Positions 38,236-51,800 of a stretch of 64,000 bases of DNA are shown piece by piece. The position numbers and the translations under genes were made by a program. The stretch comes from Antedon mediterranea (Eukaryota > Animalia > Echinodermata). A model generated the notes under the pieces. It worked only from the letters and a program-made list of their open reading frames with translations, was not told the DNA's origin and searched no databases. Each line of letters opens with the position of its first letter. Within the stretch, counting starts at the first letter, position 1. The stretch covers positions 17,196,101 through 17,260,100 of the forward strand of contig NC_092677.1 of assembly GCF_964355755.1 (NCBI RefSeq), read 5' to 3'.

Positions 38236-40474
38236 ACTAAAAAAGGAACTTGGATTGGATGGAAGACAATAAGTTCATATTATTGATTACTGTATAATGA
38301 TCAATTACTGTTATAGTCCCAGAATTATCCAAAAAAAATAGGAGGTGTGTCATTATACTTTGGGATTGTATTAACAATTGATTTCAGAGTCTTTTGTCAA
38401 AATTTAGCCTCAATTAAGGGGTGAGGTTATACTCAGTCATAATGGTAAACATTTTTTTAAATAGTATAATAATTAGCAGATAACGTAAACAAGCATAACC
38501 TAATATGACTATTTTATTATACAATGTGTTGTTTTGTACATGTTATTATCAACAGCTTTTGCTCGCTAGGAGGTGTAGATGAAATGAAAACTTCAAATTA
38601 AATTCCTGCTGTTTATTTAATTAAGATCAAGTGCGTTTTGCAACAGACTTCAATGCTGTTCTTGTATTTTTGTTACGTTTACCAAAACATAAAAGCTGCC
38701 AAGCTTTAAAGATGATTCTTAAAAGCTACAATTTTAATACTGTATCTTCTTGAACTGACTTGTTAAATAAACAAAGAACCAGTATGAGAATATACAGATT
38801 ACTGTAAGATATAGAGTAGCTGGTTGTGAGAGATTTATTAATGCTTTTATAGATAAGTGTACTTTGAAGAATTTATAGTGTTTATAAAATCTAATCTGGA
38901 GTCACATTAATGTCTTCAGAGGTAGTGAAATTACAGTGACCCCAGAGACATTCTTCCTCGCTCCTAATCAGAAATAACATTAATTTTGGAGAGGCAAAAA
39001 TCAACAATATAAAAATAGGAAATTAGAATTTGTCTCCCAAAAGGTTTTCTAGTTTCACCATATAAATTGACAGGAGAGAAACATTATCCCTTAAAATAAA
39101 ACCTTACCATTAGTGAAGGATATTTTGCTCTTCTATTGGAAAAAACACTTGATGCTTTCGTTCATTTCACCTTTCTCCATCCATCTTCTCTTAATCTCTT
39201 CATCGTCTGGCTTCTCTTTTTCTTTATCTCTCTTTTTTCTCTTTCATCTCTCTAGTGCATCCTTCTACTTCTCTGCCTAATCTCCCTTAATGATGTAAAC
39301 CTTTTAAAATCAACCGTTTTCATAATGCACTTCAATGCAGTTTATTAGTCTGGAGCCATATGAGCAATTCTGTTGGTTCCCATGAGATTCCTTTATTCCT
39401 TCTTTCCTTTCCCAACCCTTTCTCACCCATTATTGATTGATTACTATTAGTAATTGCTATAAAAATCAATCACTTTAAAATCCTCCTTTTTTCTGATTGA
39501 TGATTACTGAGTACAGCCCACTTGAGCAATCCCTTTATATATCCCATGAGAGAACTTTCCTTTCCCCCAAACCTTTCATCTCTCATTTTATGCCACCATT
39601 AGCAATCATAAAATCATGTTTAATTCTGCTGTTTCCTGATTGAATTTTATGTATGAAGACAGAAAACAAGATTCTTAAAAATTATTCCATTTACAACGGA
39701 ATAAATCAATTAAACATTGGTGTGGTTTGGTGAGACAGATGTTGAATGCATGTTGAGTAAGCAGATGTTACACATGCTATGATTTAATATTCTTAGGCCT
39801 TGATTTGTCAAGTTATGTATCATACACCTGGGCCTGAGTAAGTAGGGGATGCAAAGCTGACAGGATAAGCTCAGGCATTTTCTACATCCCTTGGTGGTTG
39901 AGCTTACCTTTAAGCTGTTAAAACGAATAAATGTTAAAAAAACTTCCAATTGATTGAAAAGTGTTTAAAATTGTGGATTTGAACAGAAATACAAGTTTAA
40001 GAATTGGATCTTCAGTAAATTGATTTTGATGTATAGATTTGTTTTCTCTAAAGAATACAAAAATGAGTCCAACATCCATGAAAGGACTCATGACCCTGTT
40101 TCAGTAACCTCAAATCTTGGAGAATGTTGTAACCTTCTTCCATTTTTACTGCAACATTGTCAATAAAGCAATGGTATTTTTTATTTGAAAGTACAGTGCA
40201 TACCGTAAAATAGATATTGACATATTTTAACTTAATAAATGTCACAATATTGGATTATGGTAAATCATGATGGAATGTTGTCCATTTCATTTTCTCCTTT
40301 TAAATCATTTTGATTTGAATAATTTTTTTTAGAAATTACAGCTAATGAAATTGACTTGCCATATGTATAGATGTTTAATCTTTATATTGTATACCTGTAA
40401 CTTCAAAAAATTTAGTTTTTTGAAAATTGTTTCATGAACCATAAAAAAATAAAATGTGTATATTTCTTTTTTAG

Positions 40475-40803
40475 ATTACCAAATTACAGTACCATTCCAA
40501 GTAAATAGTGATGGAAATTACCTGTCCCACAACCTTCGACCTTCTCGTAGAAGACGGAGTTTGCTAGATGACATTGAAGATGGCGGTCTTGTCCATTTTA
40601 AGGTAGCAGGTTTCGGTGAAGAATTCCATCTAGAGCTGTCCATTAATGAGAATTTAGTAGCCCCGGGTTTTGCTGTGCAGAAGAGGAAAAACGGGAAGAA
40701 TGTTATGGAAGAGTACATTCCAGAAATAGATAATTGTCATTATAATGGAAACTCACAGCATCATAAAGACTCCAAGATTGCAGTTAGTCTTTGTAACGGG
40801 TTG
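40475..40803 (+). CDS. ADAMTS-family metalloprotease prodomain exon (reprolysin/M12B propeptide)
   Basis: TTTTTTAG| acceptor and TTG|GTAAGT donor; peptide DYQITVPFQVNSDGNYLSH..RRRRS..VHFKVAGFGEEFHLELSINENLVAPGF..CHYNG..SKIAVSLCNGL shows hallmark ADAMTS prodomain motifs and a furin-type site; paralog not assignable. Confidence 0.93.
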
Positions 40804-42108
40804 GTAAGTACATTTTATTAACTAATTGATAATTGATAAAGGAGTTGGAAATGCTCCTCCAAGTTGGAACACCATCCTGGACTAGGGTTATTATGCATTC
40901 AGGAGGAAACTTCCTATGCTCGCTTTATTACACTCTACGTAGGAACAAACTATATATGCTTATTTGAGATTGCCGTTGGCACCCTTGACCATGCTTATTA
41001 TTCAGCTTGCCTATAGAGATGACTGTTGAGCCTACTTGTGGTTCGAAACACCTTGGACCAGGCTGGAGCTAATAATCTGTAATGTAATACCGTATTGTTT
41101 ATGCAAACCCTTGTAGTAGTTAGGATCAGGCCTAGTTTTGAACATCAATCATCATCCTAACCTATTAAATCGTATTTAATGATATTTCAAATTTGGTATT
41201 TGCCGACTCATCAAATTTAACAAAATATGATATGTCAAAATGTCTGCTTCCGTGGCTGTTCCATCAGGAAAGAATAATTAAAGGTTGCGGTTGCAAAGCA
41301 AACAAAATCTTAAGAATGTCTAGGCTGCTGATGACCTTCAAATATCCCATGAGGGGAATCTTTAATTTGTATGTTGTGGTAAATTATCCCCTGGTAGTCA
41401 CATGGGGTTCGTTAGCCAGTGGCGGGCTGCTTAGTGTCAAATATGAAAACATATATAAACAAACAAGTAGCAAGTTTTAAATGTTTTTTTAATTTTGTTA
41501 CCAGTGTTTCATACTGTATAACTGTATGGTGAAGTACATCTTTAGGAATTAAACGTTCATTTGGTCCCATTATATAACACCTAAATAAATTTCTGTCATT
41601 GATTGTTGGTCAAATGCCGTGAAATAATACGCACTATTAAACGATCGTTTAGTAGTATTTTTTCGTGTACAGTACGGAAAAAAATATCTTTTTCGCATTT
41701 GGAAAAATATTTTTTTTATACTATTGCTTTTGAAATACAACAGCGCCACCTATTTTGTACTTTCGCCACGATTGAATGTTATGACTTGTTTCGCCATGGA
41801 AGTACATTTTTGGAAAGAGATATATATGTACTAATTTAGATCAAAAAGGGCATTTAAATTAGCTTTAGATCGTTTAGGATTTTGATTAATTAATGGGAAC
41901 ATCTCTACAAGACATGGAATCGTTGGAAAAAACATAGCCAAGATGAGTTCCAGTTGCCTGTCAAAGTTTCGGTGGTATTGCTGCCTAGCAAGTAGTAGGC
42001 CTAGGCCTGTTAGTATTAGGCTAGGCCAAGGATTGTTTGGTCGTTTGTTGATATAATTAACACTACAGTTGGTGTGTTTATAAAATCCATATAAATAATA
42101 ATATTTAA

Positions 42109-42656
42109 AGATGTATTGTCCCTTTGTCAAATTCCAAAAAAATAAAAATAAAAAGATTTCGAAAAAAAGTGGGTCATTTTGAAGTATCATAATAGTTATT
42201 AACTTTCACCAAAAATTAGTGGGAAAAAAAATCATTTAACTGAAATACAGACGTTTTTTTTGTTCAAAAAATAACTTTGACTTCCAGTCAAAGTTTTCGA
42301 TCAAAACATATCTCATAATGCAATGCGCTTATTTGGCTACTCTGTATGCATAATCATAAAACTTCCTCGCGATCTGTGTGAAAACCCCTTCTCAACCGTG
42401 CGAGTTGTAAACAATCCTAATTAGCATCATGCACAATGTATACTCATGGTTTGAAATCTTTGTTTACATTCGCTCGCGACTATTTTTCAGACGAAATGTA
42501 ATCAAATTAATTTAGCTGTTAATTAAGTAAAATTGTTGTTTTTGGCTCGAATTTTTTGACTTAAAGTGAATAACTTTAATATTACTTTGATATAGCCAAT
42601 TAAAATTTAGTATATTTTGACCTTCATTTTTTTGTTTTTCAAGGGACAATACATCT
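42109..42656. mobile_element. TTAA-targeting MITE (Kolobok-like), intronic copy
   Basis: Perfect 14-bp TIR, TTAA TSD on both sides, colinear with 17676-18219. Confidence 0.92.
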
Positions 42657-42775
42657 TTAATATAATAATAAAAACCAAATGTTACTGTTTTAATCAATGT
42701 AAATCAAAAGTAGGTCTTGACTAGGTCTAGGCTACCTTTTATTTGTTTAAAATTGTAGGAATCTATTTGGATGTT

Positions 42776-42950
42776 ATATAAAACAAATAATGAATGTTAT
42801 ATTCATTTAATGGTACAAATAATGGCATTTGGTGAATGATGAAAGGTTTTATATCAACTCATCTTCGCCTCGTTAAAATATAACCTTTCATCATTCACCC
42901 CATGCCATTATTTGTACCATTACACTCATAAACATTCATTATTTGTATAT
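42776..42950. repeat. ~170-bp imperfect palindrome (hairpin element)
   Basis: ACAAATAATGAATGTT..AATGGTACAAATAATGGCAT..GGTGAATGATGAAAGGTT-loop(CTTCGCCTCG)-AACCTTTCATCATTCACC..ATGCCATTATTTGTACCATT..AACATTCATTATTTGT. Confidence 0.85.
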
Positions 42951-45284
42951 TACAGTATTAAATATGAAGACATATTGCCTGCAAAGAAACAAGTATAATA
43001 CTGTATTTATGATGTAGTTCAATGAGGTCAGTTTGATATGATTTTGTTTAAAAAGTGCTCAGCAGATTCAGCTTGATTAACAGATAGTTTGAGTGTTTTC
43101 CAAAAGTTATTCAGGTTGTCCAATGCATTTCCTTTAATCAGGGCTTTATTGCATTAAAATTATAAATGAAACATTGAAACTATAGGGCCTTAATATTGAT
43201 AAATTCAAAATAAATAAATGATATGTATCTTAAGTTTAACTATTTAAATATTGAAATATCTGATATGATTCATAGTTTACAATCAATAATATATTTCCTG
43301 ATTTTGTTAGGGGAAATACAAATTATAGAAATGTGATTGAAATGATTTTCCTACACTTCACCTTGAACTAGAGGTGTGAAGATCAGTAGAGCAGACTCCA
43401 TAAAGTCAAATTCATTATAAACAAAGTTTCAACTTTAAGACTCATAAAACATTCATCAGAGTAAAAAGAAATAGGATACAGTAACAGGATTGTACCAACA
43501 ACATTGATCTATGGGCAGTCTCATCAGGGCTAAATTCTAATTTAAAAAAACTCTGAGGCTTGGTTCCCACTAGGATGCAACGCAAAGACATTATTCATCA
43601 ATGGAAAATTCCATTGTCATTTGCATATAAATATACATAGAAATTATGTTTGCTATGAGATATACAAAAACAGATAAATAAAAACAATAACAAAGTGTCA
43701 CATCACTCTTGCACAATACTGACAAGCATTCAGTGCCCGAATGGCCGCTGGATAAAAGCTGAGAGAAACGAGAGATGATGATGATGAGATGATGGACATA
43801 ATGATAAATGCAATGTAAGTATTTGACCAATCGCATCGTTTTACCATATGGGAACCAAGATTAAATAACAGTCGTCTTCAAAACTGGTTTTTAGGACCTA
43901 CTAAAGACACAAAAACGCCTTCCATTCAAAATGCAATTCATACTGAGAGAGAAAGTTCCATAAGCGCATGTATTGCTTACTTTGGCAGCTAGGAACTTTC
44001 TTTCATTGGAAAATACTGTAAATAAGCCTGGGTTTAATGACATGACCTAAAATGCAAAAAAACAGTAGAATATCAATAATGCAGTAATGCAACAAGATTA
44101 TATATTATGTTTTTTTTAATAGAATTCTCAAATTAACCATATTATACTAGGTTTTTTAAGGAAATGTGAATTTATAGTAGTGATTCATTGATCATAATAG
44201 TGGGCATCCCTCCAAGTACAATCAGCAGTGTCATCATAAGCCAGGGAAAATCCCTATTGCGCTATTCTGTCTCAAAACACTAAGAACATCATGCAATAAC
44301 ACTTAACAGACATCAAAATAAAATTTTACGCTAGACAACTTGTTTAGACTTTATTGTTCAGACGAAAACATTTTTTTATATTTCATGGTTTTGAAGATAT
44401 ATAACATACAACTATCGACAGAATTCTGACTTCGTGCAGATTTGAATGAAATTTCTACCAGGGACCACAGATTATCTTCTAGTCGTATCAGTTCCCAGTT
44501 AATAAGTTTCTTGTCCATCAGTTCTTCCAGCGCCATGCAATTCACGCTACCACAAGGGTCAGTTTTGCAGGCCTTTGTTTTGTACACAAACAACGAACAA
44601 AGGTTACAGTAGTGAGGATGATGACAACATTCATGTTATGTTATTAAAAATGATGAAAATTATAATTATTGATGGTTACAATGTGGTCCTTGTTTTTTTT
44701 ATTGTAGCATATGTTCTTCATATCAGTTAAAAACTAACCCTACCAGCTCCTATTTAAATACAGGTGTTAGAAAGCATAGGCGGATTAAAGTGGGGTGGGG
44801 GGATAGGTATAGATGATAGATAGGACACTAATTTCAGTTAGGCACCTAAAATTTGGCATTTTTAGGTCCTTTATTTTTTTATCCGCCACTGGAAAGTGAG
44901 TAACGAATATATATAAAATATCTTAACCCTCTATCCCTTTAAAACGGCTTTTTTTATTGAAAATTTAAATGCAAACTGATACGTACCACATCAAAATCAA
45001 TTTTCGTTGACACAAGTTTGATTTTAAAAAATGAGTAATGTAGGTCTAAGCATGTGGTGAGATCATCCAGGGAAGGCAGTAACATAAAGGTGATAAGGTC
45101 ATTAGACTGACCCTAAAATGAAAAATCTGTCATCCTCGGTAAATATTGCTATATATTTACGAAGCATGAATGTTACAGATGCTTAAAAAGCACAGTAGCG
45201 GTCTTTATCATCATGTATTTAGCAGCTGGCTAGTGGATGACATAAATTATTACATCATGAAGAGGCTCAGATAACCTGTGTATT

Positions 45285-45410
45285 GTCCGTAGGGAATCTC
45301 TACTGGCCTTGTCCATAGGGAATCTCTACTGGCCTTGTCCATAGGGAATTTCTACTCACATTATCCATAGGGGATCTTTACTGGCCTTGTCTGTAGGGAA
45401 TCTCTACTGT
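45285..45410. repeat. Short tandem repeat, ~4.5 x 26 bp
   Basis: AGGGAATCTCTACTGGCCTTGTCCAT. Confidence 0.85.
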
Positions 45411-45932
45411 CCCATCTTTTTAGGCTAGTACCTCAAATAATCTGATTCACAATTGGAATTGCTAATGACTCCGTTCAAGTCCCAAATGGGTCATGAAATT
45501 AGATGTAGTACTGACTCATTTTTTATATCAAAATATTTATTATTATACTGCACTCAATTTATATTTACTTTGTCTAGAAATTAAAATTATTTTTATGCAT
45601 TTTCAAGTCAAGTAAATATTCATATCACAGATACATAATTTTTAAAGTAAAAGTGAATTTTTTATACAGTAACAGAAAACTTCTTTCTAATTTGTTGATA
45701 GATCATTGTGTTGTAAATAAAGCAATTCATTTGAATTTTTAATTTGCCTAATTGTCTACTTCTTGAAATAGCTCTAAACAATTCATTTGACTTTTACTGT
45801 AATTTTCATTAAGGAAATATGTCTGTTTTCTATTTTTTCTACTAGCTGTGCATTCTCAATTGTATTATCTAAAGCAGTTAGTTAATTTTTATTTTACATG
45901 TTGTACATCTATAAATGTTTACAGCTAAGACA

Positions 45933-46748
45933 GGGCCTGTTTCTGCTGCAACTGCTCAAAATACGGTATAAAAATACGGTATAAAATACGGTATTTTTTA
46001 TACCGTATTTTTTAGTACCCCGTTTCTGCTAACAATACTTCTTGGGTGGTCGTGTTAAATTTCATCTTTTTTACCCAAATTGCCATTCATTTATTTGATC
46101 GATAATTAAAAGTCGAAATAAAGGAAGTTTTACGTCTCACTTTCAACAGCCTAGCCCTAGTGATATGTGAGAGCACAGAAAACATCGTAATGGGGACAAT
46201 TAATTCGTTCCCTCCCCGAGTTATTGTATTTTGCAATGTTGTACTGCTTTCGCAGGCTCTTCAGCTTTGAGTTTACTTGCTTTGGAGACAAGTTTATTCC
46301 ATACTCCTGCTTTATTTTTTTAGAAATGTCTTTATAAATGTGGTTGTCCCTTTTATTACCTTTTAGTTGGTCAGACATTTTAGCTTCCCCACACACATTT
46401 ATTTAGTAAAACTGTGACGTATTCGCTCCACATTTTCGCCGAATATATCTATACATGTGTGTAAAGCAGCTAACAGCGACGGAAAATAAAAACACGAATG
46501 GTGACCTTTTGTCATGTAAAAAAAAAATACGGTATTTTTTATTGGCAGCAGAAACGGGTACAAAAAATACGGTATAAATTTGTAAATACCGTATTTTATC
46601 CACAAATTTTGTGGGGAAAATACGGTATACAAAATACGGTATATTTTTTATGAGCGCAGTTTCTGCTGCCAAAAATATACCGTATATATACGGTATTCAA
46701 AAAATACCGTATAATATACGGTATTTAGTTGGCAGCAGAAACAGGGCC
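45933..46748 (-). mobile_element. Non-autonomous PIF/Harbinger element related to 742-1584
   Basis: TIRs GGGCCTGTTTCTGCTGC ... GGCAGCAGAAACAGGGCC; 3-bp TSD ACA; ATACGGTAT arrays. Confidence 0.88.
46157..46396 (-). pseudogene. Myb/SANT-like DNA-binding domain remnant (Harbinger accessory protein)
   Basis: GEAKMSDQLKGNKRDNHIYKDISKKIKQEYGINLSPKQVNSKLKSLRKQY..NNSGRERINCPHYD follows the Myb/SANT-like (trihelix) pattern; lies inside Harbinger TIRs. Confidence 0.75.
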
Positions 46749-46943
46749 ACAGATATTTTAGTGAGATATTTGTTTCACTTTCTTGATGTTATCCTATTAA
46801 CTAATTCATATAACACTATCATATTTCTATATCTGCAAGTTTTTATTTACAGAGCAAGTTACAACAAAGATAATAATTAATCTATAATTAATCAGTCATG
46901 TATTGTTATATTTTAACCCTTGAAAAGCTATTTATGTGATTAA

Positions 46944-47450
46944 AGTCCTATTCCTATGTAATCGCAAACTACATTTAATGTAAAAATAAATACTATATGG
47001 TCCTATTGCGATATATTTTTTCATCTTGAAATGGTTAAAAATGTAAACAATAAGTTAATTCTAATAATTGAATCGGCTTGCTATAAATCCCAACATGCAT
47101 TGTGCGCAGAATAAAATTTTCATTTTTCTTTTGTGGTTCACCCACTTTTGACCGATCATGAAGGCCAAAACAAATTGAAGAATCATAAATTTTAGCGAAA
47201 GTAACGGGTTTTTCCCAATTTGTATTACCAGATTCTAGCAAAAACAGAAAGACAATAAATGCAGCAACTAGACAACTTCAGGCTAGGCATAAAGCTAGCT
47301 ACTGTAGGTAGTGCATTGTTTTCTCCTTTTATCATAATTTACATACCATAAAATGTACATTTAGGACAAGGAATGACCTGGTTTAATGTTTTTAAAGTAA
47401 TATATATTCATTATTTTTACAAAACTTCAACAATTGTAGGGAATGGGTCT
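46944..47450. mobile_element. Older TTAA-flanked MITE (Kolobok-like)
   Basis: TTAA|AGTCCTATTCCTA ... TAGGGAATGGGTCT|TTAA imperfect TIR; right end shared with 34200-34344. Confidence 0.6.
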
Positions 47451-47482
47451 TTAAACTTAGGAAAAACAACACCTCCCTAGTA

Positions 47483-48802
47483 TCTATATATAAATTTACG
47501 TAAGGGCAAAATTCGGTAAATCGCGCCTTACTTCTAGAATTTTTACTCGATGGTATATAAAGTTAGTTCGTACTTTCGGTACTGATTTTAACCACCTGAT
47601 GTAACCCTGTTTACTAATTAAATTAAGTTAGATAATTAGTTATTGGCGATTAAAACGAATTTAGGTTCAAAGATTTGCCCCAAATAGGGGTGTTTTCCGA
47701 TCGTGGTATACACTGTCTAATGGATGTCCATCTTGAAAAATACCCGCCACAAAAATGCGAGGAGGCTTCGCATTTTCCTATCTCCTCCTACGATAATTGT
47801 TTTTAATAGCTGAAAACCGGTTGAACAGCTAGAGTACACCATCATAATGTTGAAGACAGGCCGATTTTCTTTAAAAAATACTATTTTTATAGATTTAATA
47901 TACGATTATACAAATGTATTGATTTGCGATGAATGGAACATCCCAATCTCTCAGTCTGCCAGAGTTTGGTTTAACACAAGTACTGTAGGTAAATTTATGA
48001 GCCCTTGGTTTAACACATACGGTAGGTAAATATATGGGCCCTTTGAGAATAAACTTGCAATACTTTGACAATACTGTAAATAACTATTTTTGGAACTCAT
48101 TTGAATCGAACATTTCTTACTGTGAATGTTCGTCCTGTTAGATAATAATAAACTGTGTTACTGACATTGTGGATAGGCTCTACTGTTAGATATATAAACA
48201 CATTATTATATACAAATACACTTTATACTGACAGTTCCTTCTCAACGTTTGTATTAATTAATAATTACCAAAAATATAAACGTCGTAGTGGTGTATCGTG
48301 ACATGTACTTTAATATTTCAATCGATTATGACAGTGACAGTTTTAACAAAGTATTAAATCGCAAATGTTTTACTGTATTTAGAGGTATATTATGTAGTAT
48401 AGGCTTATAAAACATGAACAAAATATTTCGTTACTGAGTGGATAAAGAATATATTTAAAAATTGTTCCTCTTTGTACCTATCCGCTTTCCCATCCCTCAA
48501 CCCTAATGTTACATACAAAACACAAATTGGGTTTCTTTAAATGAGTCCAAATCAAAAATTTGGACTCATTTTGTGAAAAGTTTCTCCTTCGGAAGTAATT
48601 CCCAGGGTGCTAATTTTAGTTGACTACATAAATCATCGTGTCTATTTATTCGTTTCTGTAAACGACAATGTATTATAGTCCTGCGTTACGTAGATTTGAA
48701 ATCGCCAGTTTTGTTACGCTGAAATTACTGTAGGCCTATATTCGAGAACCATCTGTGGGCACGACCTAGATGGTACGCGAGCGAAGCGAGCGTACCATCT
48801 AG
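47483..48802 (+). mobile_element. Non-autonomous canonical Helitron
   Basis: A|TCTATATATAAA 5' end, GC-rich 3' hairpin and CTAG|T end; A-T target with no TSD; CpG-richer than flanks; the 5' boundary is less certain than the 3'. Confidence 0.75.
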
Positions 48803-51800
48803 TAAATTCAATTAAGAACAGTTTTGTGTCCCACTCTCCAGTAAGTTGCTGTACACAGTTTGTTTTGACAAAGGTCATGCTTTTTCAAAATGTTTATATT
48901 TGATTTCAAGATGTTTAGCAAATGTTTTTGTTCACTGTTCTCTACTGGAATTGAGTAATTTTTAGTTTGAAAGACAGGAACAATTAAATATAGGTATAAA
49001 CAAAAAGAAACAGTGTTAATAAAATAGTTTTGTCAAAACTTTCAAATAACTTTCTCTTTCAATTTAATGATTTTTATTTAATGAGAAAGTATTTGCCAGC
49101 AATACATTAGATTTTATTTCTGTACAACAGTAAAAGGCAAATGTCAAAAAGTTTGACCACTATTAGAAGTCACTGTCTATGGATAGATTGGAATGAAACT
49201 TATTTCACTAAATATCACTCTTATAGATTGATTGGCTATACAATTGTTATATAACACGTCCTAATTACTTGTTTATGCCTTATTAATTATTAGAATATGC
49301 TGCTGAGATGTGGCTAGAAATTGAATCCAAATATTATTACTAATTACATTTTAAGCTAAACTAATCTGCGTGTGCACAATTCTTTAATGAATAACTCTAA
49401 ACCTTAAAGATTAAAAATTAAAAAAGAAACTACGGACTTCCTATTGGCCCATAGTAGCCTACTTTGCAAATTCACCTTTGTCACATAAAAATGTCAGGGA
49501 AGGGGAGGGTTGATTTTGGTTTTTGTTAAACCCTGATATAAGGTCTGATGCCTTTTGTAATTCTTATCTTGCAGGATTATTTATATGCAATTTGACGTGC
49601 ATGGGCTCAATTTGACTGCAGCCATGTATAAGACAATTTCCACTTCTTTTTTTTTAGGAAGGAATGTCTTTCATTAATTCAACTTTTCCAATTTTGTTTC
49701 TTGATTCTGCTATCTATAACTTTATAACAAATGTTAACCTGAAAATACCATAATTGAACACTGAAATTTTAATATATAATGTACTTCCTTGCAATGTCCA
49801 CCACCATAACTACTTAATTAGAACCATTAAAAACATAATTGTAGACTCTTCAGGGATTCATTTTCTACATTCACGTACCGAAATAATATTTGTTAAGATT
49901 TTTTTTTTTCACAATTCCTGCAGACGTTTAATGTGAAACTGTCTGGGAGATAAACTTTATTGCAGTACAGTACATGAATTATGAACAGCACAACAAAATG
50001 TCTGCATACTTTATGTGGAATTTCAGTTTCTTTTTTATGTACCTATAAAATGATAAGTAATTGTAGTGAAAGTTGACGCCTTTGGGATGCAAATAATAAA
50101 TTATATTGATTAATATTTATTGTAAGTTTCATTTTTAACATATTATGTACATTTACAAAATTGAACAATTCCAAAAAATTTAAATTTGCCCCCAAAAAAA
50201 TTGTTGTTTATATTGCCATATTTCAACATGACCTATTAATTATGACAATAATTGACAATATGTTTGAAACTCTAAACTATGAATTTTAAAAATCTTTGAT
50301 ATAGCAACATAATACAAGCAAATACACATTTTTGAAATACAGATTTTTGTTAGTATTGCAGTTGTGTTCTCTTTCAAAGTGTGAAGGGTTGGTTTATCCT
50401 AACATCGGAATCTCATTGTGGTTTGTGAAATCTCCTTTTTTTTAAATTAATTAATTATTTTTACTAATTAATTTAGCAAATGGGATTACTTTTTTGTCAA
50501 ATTGGTTTGAGTGTACAAATATAATTTGTCATACAAATGGTATAACTATACAACAATAGATGGTAAAAGCGAAAGTGATGTAAAGTCTTATTAGCTTAGT
50601 AGCGGTGCTTGAGAAAGAAGGTCAGTTTGGATACCAACAGAAAATATGTCAAAAAGGTAAATCTCGGTTAAATTAAATTTAAAACTGAAAGTTCTGTGTT
50701 CTGAAATCAATTTTGAATCGCTTTATATGGGAAAAGCTGTTTGTGTTCAATTATCTGCCTTATATCCAGCAACTAATTTTGTTTTAAATAACTGCAATGA
50801 ACAAAAGATAACTTGAACTGCATCACTGTCAATATTAACTTCAGATCGTGAGACATTGCAATATTTGTTGTAATAAGGACTGTAGACCTATCTAAGCTAA
50901 TGTGTGAGATAATATATAATTCTTTTTTCCCACCAATATTTCAGAAATCGGTCAATTGTTTGCATCATTTGTATTTTCTTTAGAATCTTGTTTTCACTTA
51001 TAGAATAATATTCCCATAATAAGCTGTACAATAAAGCAATTATGAAATGAAACTAGGTCATGAACCTGTAGAATCTAATTCTCAATACCAAAGCAACCAT
51101 AGTTTGCTAAAAACAAAACAGGAGGCCTGGGTATAAAACTAAAATTAGGTGGTGGTTATATTCAAATAAAAGGTAAAAGTATTTATTCTGGTTCTCAATC
51201 TTAACTGGAAACTATGGAAATTTGGATTAAGGCCCTCCACCGACCAGGTCAGCACACTGTTAGATGATCCCTATACTCTTTTTGAATAGTGTACCAAGTT
51301 CTTTAATGTCCACTATAATTACACCATGTCCAAACTAAGTCTAAATTATGGTTGGATCATACTACAGTACTGTAGGCCTAATATAATATAACTAGTAATT
51401 TCAAATCAAACACTTTGATACTACTTGCTCAACAAACCTACGTATGTGCTCTGTCAAATTAAAGACTTCTTTTTTATTTTATATTAACTTGGTGCGTTGA
51501 TCCATTTACAGCTCAAATGAAGCCATATGATTAGGAGCATGTGAAGCATTAGTCAAAATTTACAAAAACAAATGTACAGTATTTTGTATTTCTATTTTGT
51601 AGTTTTTATACTGTTTTAGTTCATCCCTAGATGTTATGTCATGTGCATTTTAAATATATGCAACGTCTCAAGTTTGTATTATACAGGCAGACCAAGAATT
51701 ATAATGGCGCAAAAAAGGAAACAAATAGTAATATCTGTAGACGGCAAACTTCAGTTTATAATCAAGTTTGATCGTAGGGTGAAATCACTTTATATTTAAT

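Noticed and set aside
41831-42697. ORFs of 119 and 61 aa
   Set aside because: Low-complexity translations overlapping a MITE
44776-44891. hAT-like ends (TAGGCGGAT..ATCCGCCACTG); similar small inverted repeat at 23463-23530
   Set aside because: Short imperfect IR without a TSD
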